This document shows positions 18,104-25,832 of a stretch of 49,865 nt of DNA, piece by piece. The stretch comes from Paracoccaceae bacterium (GTDB taxonomy: Bacteria; Pseudomonadota; Alphaproteobacteria; Rhodobacterales; Rhodobacteraceae). Under the pieces are notes generated by a model, which searched no databases, was not told where the DNA came from, and was given only the letters and a program-made list of their open reading frames with translations. Numbering within the stretch: the stretch's first letter is position 1; every line of letters starts with the position of its first letter. The DNA is taken from the NCBI GenBank assembly GCA_038134005.1, contig JAYPUL010000019.1:1-49865 (forward strand). The letters are read 5' to 3'. Made by a program: the position numbers and the translations under genes.

Positions 18104-19437
18104 CCGTATTATCGCTGTTGTGGGGGGAATTGGTCGATATCACAATCCAATTCATCAAATCCTTGCCGTATTTTTTCGCCTACATCGGAATCATTCTTGC
18201 AACCCTTGCTGTATGGCGATTGGTCAAGCGTTCCTTGACGCCAAAGAAAGATTTTGGATCGTTGAAAACGGTGACATTTGGTGATGAAAGCGCGGTTTCG
18301 TCGAATTTTATTGCCTCTGTCGTTTCGGTTGTTTTGATTTTTGTGATTTGGGCATCGTTCACTGGATCACGGTTTGTCCCAACTTTTTTACATATGCCGG
18401 GTGCGTATTCGGGCGACCTTGCTTTTACTTATACCGCAGAAAATGCAGAGGGTTTGCGTGATGATGCGACGGTGCATGTCATTGTCCATAAACTGGGTGA
18501 AGAGCCGACATTGCCTGACGTCGATGAAGGGGATGGATGGGCCAAAAATGATGTTTTGGCTGTTCAAAGTTATCGAAGCAAATTGTTATTGTGGGACAAA
18601 AACGACGAATTCAATCGTAAGTCTGGTGCAAAAATCGTTGCGATTAATGGCCAATCCGTCACGGAAGGGGCATCTATTGACATTGAAAACGGACGTGTCG
18701 CTATTACTGACAAGGGCACGATCAACGTCGAACCCGCCACAGGATGGCAAATGGAGCCGATTTGGCTACCTGCACCTGAAAGCGTTTTCGTGTTCCGCTT
18801 GCGGCAGATTTGGTCAGACGGATACAAGAACTATTCACTGGGTGAACATCTGGGGTATTCTTTATTCCGTGTGGTTGTCGGGTTCTTATTCGGCGCGTTG
18901 ATCGGCATTCCGCTGGGCTATGCGATGGGATTGAACGATTGGTTCCGCGGTTGGTTCGATCCGATTGTTGAATTCATGCGTCCTGTGCCGCCGCTTGCGT
19001 TGATCCCTCTGATCATCATTTGGTTTGGCATTGGTGAAGTGGGCAAGGTGATCTTGCTAACCCTCGCCGCGCTTTGGATCATGACGATTGCGGCGCGTGC
19101 AGGTGTGTCGGGTGTGCGGATTTCAAAGGTGCATGCCGCCTATTCCCTGGGTGCCAGCAAATGGCAAATCATGCGGTTTGTTATTGTTCCAAATTCACTG
19201 CCCGAAATCTTTACCGGTGCGCGTGTTGCGATGGGCGTATGTTGGGGAACAGTTGTGGCTGCTGAATTGGTTGCTGCGGAAAAGGGTATCGGTATGATGA
19301 TCATGACCGCTTCAAAATTCCAACAAACCGACATTGTTATCCTTGGTATCGTGATCATCGGTATCATCGGCTTTGGTATCGACATGTTCGTGCGTTGGCT
19401 GGAACGCGTCTTGGTCCCATGGAAAGGTCGCGGGTAA
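18100..19437 (+). CDS. tauC: ABC transporter permease (TauC/SsuC-type) with an unusual ~220-aa N-terminal extension
   Basis: 445 aa. The C-terminal ~230 aa carry the permease core including an EAA-like loop ('...AELVAAEKGIGMMI...'). The N-terminal region has two predicted TM helices flanking a soluble ~130-aa insert. ATGA coupling with tauB. Confidence 0.7.
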   Translation: MTVLSLLWGELVDITIQFIKSLPYFFAYIGIILATLAVWRLVKRSLTPKKDFGSLKTVTFGDESAVSSNFIASVVSVVLIFVIWASFTGSRFVPTFLHMPGAYSGDLAFTYTAENAEGLRDDATVHVIVHKLGEEPTLPDVDEGDGWAKNDVLAVQSYRSKLLLWDKNDEFNRKSGAKIVAINGQSVTEGASIDIENGRVAITDKGTINVEPATGWQMEPIWLPAPESVFVFRLRQIWSDGYKNYSLGEHLGYSLFRVVVGFLFGALIGIPLGYAMGLNDWFRGWFDPIVEFMRPVPPLALIPLIIIWFGIGEVGKVILLTLAALWIMTIAARAGVSGVRISKVHAAYSLGASKWQIMRFVIVPNSLPEIFTGARVAMGVCWGTVVAAELVAAEKGIGMMIMTASKFQQTDIVILGIVIIGIIGFGIDMFVRWLERVLVPWKGRG

Positions 19438-19455
19438 ACCCGACGATCTTCACAT

Positions 19456-19473
19456 CGCCAAATCTAGATTTGG
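19456..19473. promoter_or_regulatory. Perfect 18-bp palindrome GCCAAATCTAGATTTGGC
   Basis: Seen directly, 18 bp after the tauC stop. A loop-less palindrome, so it fits a dimeric protein-binding site better than an RNA hairpin. Confidence 0.35.
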
Positions 19474-19478
19474 CAAAA

Positions 19479-19512
19479 GCGTCGGCCCTCCTTCCTGGTC
19501 GGCGCTTTTTTT
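19479..19512 (+). terminator. Rho-independent terminator of the tauABC operon
   Basis: 9-bp stem GCGUCGGCC/GGUCGGCGC (two G·U pairs) with a 9-nt loop, followed by TTTTTTT. Confidence 0.7.
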
Positions 19513-19521
19513 ATCCCCAGA

Positions 19522-19542
19522 TTGATAGTTAAAAACTATCAA
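19522..19542. promoter_or_regulatory. Perfect inverted repeat TTGATAGTT-aaa-AACTATCAA upstream of the fds operon
   Basis: 9-bp arms with a 3-bp spacer, about 75 bp upstream of the fdsG ATG in an AT-rich promoter region. Operator-like. Confidence 0.4.
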
Positions 19543-19617
19543 ATAACGAAAAATCATTATTGAAATTCAAAACGACTTGCGGCATTCGAGGGGTGAGAAC
19601 TCGAACAAGGATCCGAC

Positions 19618-20091
19618 ATGTCCATCACCACTGCGCCAAATCAATCAGATATGGTTGATCTGATCTCATCGCACCTTGACCTAGAAGGGCCTTTGTTGCC
19701 GATTTTGCATGCACTGCAACATGCCTATGGGCATATTCCTGCAATGGCGAATGATCTTATTGCTGATGCGTTGAATATCACCAAGGCCGAAGTCCACGGC
19801 GTGATCAGCTTTTACCACGATTTTCGTGAAAAACCTGCGGGCAAACATGTTGTTAAGATATGCCGTGCTGAGGCATGTCAATCGGTCGGTGGTAATGTAC
19901 TGGCCGAAGATACCTTAAAAAAACTAGGCCTTGATTGGCATGAGACATCGGCAAACGGTGCGATAACAATTGAACCTGTCTATTGTTTGGGGCTGTGTGC
20001 CTGCGCGCCTGCGGTTATGGTGGATGATCAATTGCTTGCCCGCGTAGATGGCCCAAAAATGGATGCAGTATTAAAGGAGCTGGGCGCATGA
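19618..20091 (+). CDS. fdsG: NAD-dependent formate dehydrogenase gamma subunit (NuoE-like, 2Fe-2S)
   Basis: 157 aa thioredoxin-like 2Fe-2S protein with 'CRAEACQSVG' and 'CLGLCACAPAVMV' cysteine motifs. SD CAAGGA. Stop overlaps the fdsB start. Confidence 0.8.
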   Translation: MSITTAPNQSDMVDLISSHLDLEGPLLPILHALQHAYGHIPAMANDLIADALNITKAEVHGVISFYHDFREKPAGKHVVKICRAEACQSVGGNVLAEDTLKKLGLDWHETSANGAITIEPVYCLGLCACAPAVMVDDQLLARVDGPKMDAVLKELGA

Positions 20092-21605
20092 AAATCTATG
20101 TTCCTTTAGACAGCGCCGCAATCGCGCTTGGGGCTGATGCTGTCGCCACGGCAATAGCGTCCGAGGCGGCGAACCGCAAAATCGATGTACAAATTGTGCG
20201 AAACGGTTCGCGCGGCATGGTATGGTTGGAACCATTGGTCGAAATCGAAACCGAACAGGGCCGCATCGGATATGGAAATGTGGATGCATCCCAAGCAGGT
20301 GCTTTGTTGGATGGAAAGCTATCTAGCCTTGGCAAAATCGAAGATATTCCGTTTTTTGCCCGTCAAACCCGTTTGACCTTTGCGCGCTGTGGCGTCATTG
20401 ATCCGCTGGATTTGGACGACTATCAGGCACATGGTGGTCTTGCTGGTTTACGGCGCGCTGTTGCAATGACCCAAAATGACATCGTTGCCGAAGTCACCGC
20501 ATCGGGTTTGCGTGGGCGCGGCGGGGCTGGGTTCCCGACGGGCATCAAATGGAAAACTGTGTCCGACGCGTCGGCCGATCAGAAATACATCGTCTGCAAC
20601 GCCGACGAAGGCGACAGTGGGACGTTCGCCGACCGTATGATCATGGAGGGCGATCCGTTTTCGTTGATCGAAGGCATGGCAATCGCCAGCCTTGGTGTGG
20701 GCGCGACCAAAGGATACGTTTACTTGCGGTCTGAATACCCGGTTGCCATTCGCGTGATGCGCTCCGCGGTGGATGCGGCGCGTCAAGGTGGCGTTTTAGG
20801 GGCGAATGTTCTTGGGTCAGGTCGCGCGTTCGACATGGAAATCCGTGTTGGTGCGGGCGCCTATGTTTGCGGAGAAGAAACCGCATTGCTGAATTCATTG
20901 GAAGGCAAGCGCGGCACCGTGCGTGCGAAACCGCCACTCCCCGCATTGGAAGGGTTCCTTGGCCGTCCCACAGTTGTGAACAACGTGATCAGCTTGGCAT
21001 CGGTTCCGGTCATTTTTGAAAAAGGCGCGGACCATTACGCGTCCTTTGGTGTCGGTCGGTCGCGCGGAACTGTGACGCTTCAAATCGCTGGCAATGTAAA
21101 ACAGGGCGGTTTGTTTGAAACGGGCTTTGGCTTGCCGCTTGGTGAATTGGTCAATGACATCGCCGGCGGTACCGCCAGCGGACGCCCCGTAAAAGCGGTT
21201 CAGGTCGGTGGCCCATTAGGCGCCTATATGCCTGTTTCGAAATTTGATACGCCTTTGGGATATGAAGAATTTGACCAAAATGGCGGTCTCATCGGTCATG
21301 CGGGTTTGGTCGTGTTCGATGACAGCGCGGATATGTTGCAAATGGCACGCTTCGCGATGGAATTCTGTGCGGTCGAAAGCTGTGGCAAATGTACGCCGTG
21401 CCGCATAGGTGCGGTCCGTGGCGTGGAAACAATCGACCGCATTGCCCAAGGCGATGCAGATGCGATTCCGTTGCTGACCGACTTGTGTGAAACTATGAAA
21501 GATGGATCGTTGTGCGCATTGGGTGGGTTTACCCCATTCCCGGTGATGTCGGCGCTGACCCATTTCCCAGAAGATTTTCCAGCCTTCAAAGAGGCCGCGG
21601 AATGA
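20088..21605 (+). CDS. fdsB: NAD-dependent formate dehydrogenase beta subunit (NuoF-like; FMN/NADH-binding, 4Fe-4S)
   Basis: 505 aa. NuoF motifs 'GAGAYVCGEETALLNSLEGKRG' and the C-terminal 4Fe-4S 'ESCGKCTPCRIG'. Confidence 0.85.
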   Translation: MKIYVPLDSAAIALGADAVATAIASEAANRKIDVQIVRNGSRGMVWLEPLVEIETEQGRIGYGNVDASQAGALLDGKLSSLGKIEDIPFFARQTRLTFARCGVIDPLDLDDYQAHGGLAGLRRAVAMTQNDIVAEVTASGLRGRGGAGFPTGIKWKTVSDASADQKYIVCNADEGDSGTFADRMIMEGDPFSLIEGMAIASLGVGATKGYVYLRSEYPVAIRVMRSAVDAARQGGVLGANVLGSGRAFDMEIRVGAGAYVCGEETALLNSLEGKRGTVRAKPPLPALEGFLGRPTVVNNVISLASVPVIFEKGADHYASFGVGRSRGTVTLQIAGNVKQGGLFETGFGLPLGELVNDIAGGTASGRPVKAVQVGGPLGAYMPVSKFDTPLGYEEFDQNGGLIGHAGLVVFDDSADMLQMARFAMEFCAVESCGKCTPCRIGAVRGVETIDRIAQGDADAIPLLTDLCETMKDGSLCALGGFTPFPVMSALTHFPEDFPAFKEAAE

Positions 21606-21814
21606 GCGACGTCAAAGGACCCGCGTCCTATTTCCCATCGATTGAAAAGAAATATGGCCAACCCATCCAGCATTGGTTGGATCTGGCCGCGACCAAATCC
21701 GATTTGAAACATATGGAAATCGTCGCTTGGTTGAAAACCGAATTTAGCCTTGGGCACGGGCATGCAAACGCCATCGTTGCCTATGTATTGGCTGGCCTGA
21801 AAAAGGGGGCATGA
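21602..21814 (+). CDS. Small DUF4287-like protein inserted between fdsB and fdsA
   Basis: 70-aa ORF 'MSDVKGPASYFPSIEKKYGQPIQHWLDL...HMEIVAWLKTEFSLGHGHANAIVAYVL...'. ATGA overlap with the fdsB stop (ATG 21602-21604). The 'IVAWLK...GLGHGHANAIV' signature matches what I recall of DUF4287. Followed 2 nt later by the fdsA start. Confidence 0.6.
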   Translation: MSDVKGPASYFPSIEKKYGQPIQHWLDLAATKSDLKHMEIVAWLKTEFSLGHGHANAIVAYVLAGLKKGA

Positions 21815-21815
21815 C

Positions 21816-24716
21816 ATGAAAGATTTTATTATCCCATGGACCGATGATCGTGATCGGGGTACACCTGCGGCGCATGGCGCACCCGTGACATTGACCATTG
21901 ACGGCACCGAAGTCACCGTGCCCGAGGGAACGTCGATAATGCGGGCGTCTGCTTTGGCTGGTATTTCTGTGCCAAAGCTTTGCGCAACCGACAGCATCGA
22001 AGCATTCGGGTCTTGCCGTCTGTGTGTCGTCGAAATCGAAGGTCGCCGTGGCACGCCAGCGTCCTGTACGACACCTGTCGCGGCGGGCATGGTGGTGCAC
22101 ACCCAATCGTCCAAAGTGCGTAAAATCCGCAAGGGCGTGATGGAACTTTATATCTCTGACCACCCGTTGGATTGCTTGACCTGTTCGGCAAATGGCGATT
22201 GCGAATTGCAAGACATGGCTGGTGCTGTTGGCCTCCGCGATGTTCGGTATGAAGCCCCCAAAGACGGCGCATTTGTTAACCATTTCGAGGTGCGTGATAC
22301 ATCTGGCGAAGCGAACCCAGATTATTTGCCCTGCGATACATCAAACCCCTATTTCAACTATGATCCCAGCAAATGTATCGTGTGCAACCGCTGTGTGCGT
22401 GCCTGTGAAGAGGTGCAAGGCACCTTTGCCCTGACCATTGAAGGACGTGGATTTGATAGCCGCGTTTCTGCCGGTGGCGGAAGCGACAATTTCCTATCCT
22501 CGGATTGTGTGAGCTGTGGCGCCTGTGTCCAAGCCTGCCCAACAGGAACATTGGTCGAAAAATCGGTGGTCGAGCTGGGTACGCCGGAACGTTCTGTCGT
22601 GACCACTTGCGCCTATTGTGGTGTTGGATGTTCGTTCAAAGCTGAAATGCAGGGCGATCAATTGGTTCGCATGGTTCCATTCAAAAACGGTTCTGCGAAC
22701 CGGGGTCATTCCTGTGTGAAGGGTCGCTTTGCCTATGGTTATGCAACACATCAGGATCGCATCCTAAATCCAATGATCCGCGACACAATTGATGAACCAT
22801 GGCGCGAAGTCAGCTGGGACGAAGCATTAACATTCACGGCAACCAAGCTTCGTGGATTACAAGAAAAATATGGCAAAAAGTCCGTTGGTGTAATTACGTC
22901 TAGCCGTTGTACCAACGAAGAAACCTACTTGGTTCAAAAATTGACCCGTGCGGTCTTTGGCAACAACAACACCGACACCTGCGCACGCGTGTGCCATTCA
23001 CCCACGGGCTATGGTTTGGGCCAAACCTTTGGCACGTCTGCGGGGACACAGGACTTTGACAGCGTCGAACATACGGATGTTGTGATCGTGATTGGTGCAA
23101 ATCCGACCGATGGGCACCCAGTGTTCGCATCGCGCCTGAAAAAACGTTTGCGTAAAGGCGCGAAATTGATCGTGATCGACCCACGTCGCATTGATTTGGT
23201 GAAATCCGCCCATATCGCCGCCGCGCATCACCTACCACTTAGACCTGGCACAAACGTGGCTGTTGTCACCGCCTTGGCTCATACCATCGTCACCGAAGGT
23301 TTGATGGACGAAGAGTTCATTCGCACCCGTTGTGATTGGGACGAATTCCAAGAATACGCTGAATTCGTGTCCCAAGATCGCCATAGCCCTGAGGCGACAG
23401 AATTGCTAACCGGAGTGCCGTCGGCAGAATTGCGCGCCGCGGCCCGTTTGTTTGCCAAAGGCGGCAATGGCGCGATCTATTACGGTTTGGGCGTGACCGA
23501 ACATAGCCAAGGGTCAACAACCGTAATGGGCATCGCCAACCTTGCCATGTTGACCGGGAATATTGGTCGCAAAGGTGTGGGCGTAAACCCGTTGCGTGGC
23601 CAAAACAACGTGCAAGGTTCCTGTGACATGGGATCATTCCCACATGAATTGCCCGGCTATCGCCACGTGAAATTGCCCGAGGTTCGCGCAATTTTCGAAA
23701 ATGCGTGGGGTGTCGAAATTGACCCAGAACCCGGTTTGCGCATTCCAAATATGTTGGATGCGGCCGTCGATGGTACGTTCAAAGCGCTCTATTGCCAAGG
23801 CGAAGATATCTTGCAATCTGACCCCGACACGAAACATGTGGCCGCTGGTTTGGCCGCGATGGAATGTGTGATCGTGCATGACCTGTTTCTGAACGAAACG
23901 GCGAACTATGCGCATGTCTTTTTGCCGGGTTCAACATTCTTGGAAAAAGATGGCACATTCACCAACGCCGAACGCCGCATTAACCGTGTGCGTCGCGTGA
24001 TGGCACCACGCAATGGCTATGCCGATTGGGAAGTCACCCAAATGCTGGCCAATGCTATGGGGGCCGGGTGGTCCTATACCCACCCGAGCGAAATCATGGC
24101 CGAAATCGCCGCGACAACGCCATCTTTTGCAAACGTTACTTACGACCTGTTAGAGGAACGCGGTTCCGTTCAATGGCCGTGTAACGACGCAAACCCGGAC
24201 GGTACACCATTGATGCATGTCGATGGATTTGTGCGCGGTAAGGGGCGGTTTATCGTCACCGAATATGTGGCGACCGATGAACGCACGGGGCCACGTTTCC
24301 CACTGTTGTTGACGACAGGGCGTATCTTGTCACAATACAACGTGGGGGCCCAAACACGGCGCACGCAAAACGTCGTCTGGCATGATCAGGATGTGTTGGA
24401 AATTCACCCTCATGATGCGGAAAACCGTGGGATAAATGATGGTGATTTTGTCAAACTGGCATCGCGGTCCGGCGACACCAGTTTGCGCGCCAAAATCACG
24501 GATCGCGTGTCACCAGGCGTTGTTTATACGACATTCCACCACCCCGATACGCAGGCCAACGTCATTACCACCGATTATTCGGATTGGGCAACGAACTGTC
24601 CTGAATACAAGGTCACTGCTGTTCAGGTCAGCCTGTCGAACGGCCCGACAGATTGGCAAGAGGATTATAACGCACAAGCGGAACGGTCGCGCCGTATTCT
24701 GCCCGCTGCGGAATAA
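21816..24716 (+). CDS. fdsA: NAD-dependent formate dehydrogenase alpha subunit (NuoG-like N-terminus plus bis-MGD molybdopterin domain)
   Basis: 966 aa. N-terminal 2Fe-2S ferredoxin fold ('CATDSIEAFGSCRLCVVEI'), several 4Fe-4S cysteine clusters, a molybdopterin oxidoreductase domain and a C-terminal MopB_CT-like domain. Confidence 0.85.
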   Translation: MKDFIIPWTDDRDRGTPAAHGAPVTLTIDGTEVTVPEGTSIMRASALAGISVPKLCATDSIEAFGSCRLCVVEIEGRRGTPASCTTPVAAGMVVHTQSSKVRKIRKGVMELYISDHPLDCLTCSANGDCELQDMAGAVGLRDVRYEAPKDGAFVNHFEVRDTSGEANPDYLPCDTSNPYFNYDPSKCIVCNRCVRACEEVQGTFALTIEGRGFDSRVSAGGGSDNFLSSDCVSCGACVQACPTGTLVEKSVVELGTPERSVVTTCAYCGVGCSFKAEMQGDQLVRMVPFKNGSANRGHSCVKGRFAYGYATHQDRILNPMIRDTIDEPWREVSWDEALTFTATKLRGLQEKYGKKSVGVITSSRCTNEETYLVQKLTRAVFGNNNTDTCARVCHSPTGYGLGQTFGTSAGTQDFDSVEHTDVVIVIGANPTDGHPVFASRLKKRLRKGAKLIVIDPRRIDLVKSAHIAAAHHLPLRPGTNVAVVTALAHTIVTEGLMDEEFIRTRCDWDEFQEYAEFVSQDRHSPEATELLTGVPSAELRAAARLFAKGGNGAIYYGLGVTEHSQGSTTVMGIANLAMLTGNIGRKGVGVNPLRGQNNVQGSCDMGSFPHELPGYRHVKLPEVRAIFENAWGVEIDPEPGLRIPNMLDAAVDGTFKALYCQGEDILQSDPDTKHVAAGLAAMECVIVHDLFLNETANYAHVFLPGSTFLEKDGTFTNAERRINRVRRVMAPRNGYADWEVTQMLANAMGAGWSYTHPSEIMAEIAATTPSFANVTYDLLEERGSVQWPCNDANPDGTPLMHVDGFVRGKGRFIVTEYVATDERTGPRFPLLLTTGRILSQYNVGAQTRRTQNVVWHDQDVLEIHPHDAENRGINDGDFVKLASRSGDTSLRAKITDRVSPGVVYTTFHHPDTQANVITTDYSDWATNCPEYKVTAVQVSLSNGPTDWQEDYNAQAERSRRILPAAE

Positions 24717-25525
24717 TGACAAAGGACGCTGTTCAATCGCAATCCGCGACAACCTGTGATGCGAACGGTGCATCACAGGTTTTTCGCGATCTAGCTGTGG
24801 AAACAGCGGTCGCCGTTTCGATCAACGGAACGACTCATGCCGTCATGATGGCAAGCCCCACTGACCTGCGCGACTTCGCGTTGGGTTTTGCGTTTACCGA
24901 AAGCATCATTACCACGCTGGACCAAGTTCAATCTTTGGAAATTCTTGAACATGATACTGGGCTTGAGGCACGGTTTTGGTTATCCGACGATACCGCGCGC
25001 CCGTTTTTGTCGCGCCGTCGCGCGATGGCTGGTCCTGTGGGGTGTGGTCTTTGTGGGATCGACAGCTTGGAACAAGCTGTGCGTCCATTGCCGGTCGTAA
25101 CGGATACAGACATGGCTATTGAAACGAAATTGATCGCCACTGCGACGGATCAACTTCGGATGCATCAGCCATTACACGATCAAACACATGCCGCACACGC
25201 AGCAGGATTTTTGACAAAAGACGGAAACGTGATCCTTGCGCGCGAAGATGTCGGGCGCCACAACGCTCTTGATAAGCTCATCGGCGCAATGATCGATAGA
25301 AACTTGGACCCTACGAACGGTGCATTCGTTTTGACGTCTCGCATCTCTGTTGAAATGGTCCAAAAAACAGCGTTTGCTGGCTGTCCAATGATTATTGCGG
25401 CTTCGGCCCCCACCACGCATGCCTTAATGCTCGCTCGCGATGCAAATATTACACTGTGTGCATCTGCGCGTGCTGGGCGTTTTGATTGCTATTCCCATCC
25501 CTTCAGATTGAAAGGAAATTCATAA
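24716..25525 (+). CDS. fdhD: Formate dehydrogenase accessory sulfurtransferase FdhD (FdsC)
   Basis: 269 aa with the conserved FdhD cysteine loop ('...GPVGCGLCGIDS...'). Start overlaps the fdsA stop. Confidence 0.8.
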   Translation: MTKDAVQSQSATTCDANGASQVFRDLAVETAVAVSINGTTHAVMMASPTDLRDFALGFAFTESIITTLDQVQSLEILEHDTGLEARFWLSDDTARPFLSRRRAMAGPVGCGLCGIDSLEQAVRPLPVVTDTDMAIETKLIATATDQLRMHQPLHDQTHAAHAAGFLTKDGNVILAREDVGRHNALDKLIGAMIDRNLDPTNGAFVLTSRISVEMVQKTAFAGCPMIIAASAPTTHALMLARDANITLCASARAGRFDCYSHPFRLKGNS

Positions 25526-25729
25526 ATGTCACCCGAAAAAATGGTCCGTTCGGCAAATCAAATTGCGACTTTTTTTAAAACCCAACCCGGTGGCGGGCAT
25601 GTCGAAAAGGTTGCTGCGCATCTACGCGACTTTTGGGATCCGCGGATGCGTGCACAGCTTATCGATTATGTAAAAGCAGGTGGCGAAAATCTGGATGAAT
25701 TGGTTTTGCAAGCGTCTGGCCAACTCTAA
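25526..25729 (+). CDS. fdsD: Formate dehydrogenase delta subunit
   Basis: 67-aa protein immediately after fdhD, with FdsD-like size and position ('...ANQIATFF...VAAHLRDFWDPRMR...'). Confidence 0.65.
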   Translation: MSPEKMVRSANQIATFFKTQPGGGHVEKVAAHLRDFWDPRMRAQLIDYVKAGGENLDELVLQASGQL

Positions 25730-25832
25730 GATCGTCGCGCTTCCATCTTTGTTTAAATACTCTGGGGGTGTGGGGGCAAAGCCCCCGCATGGGTCGGATC
25801 GCGTAAGCGCTCCGAAATCAAGAGTTTTTGAT

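Noticed and set aside
21296-22283. Minus-strand ORFs of 278 and 179 aa
   Set aside because: They overlap the 3' end of fdsB, the DUF4287-like gene and the 5' end of fdsA, all of which have strong family signatures. They are antisense shadow ORFs.
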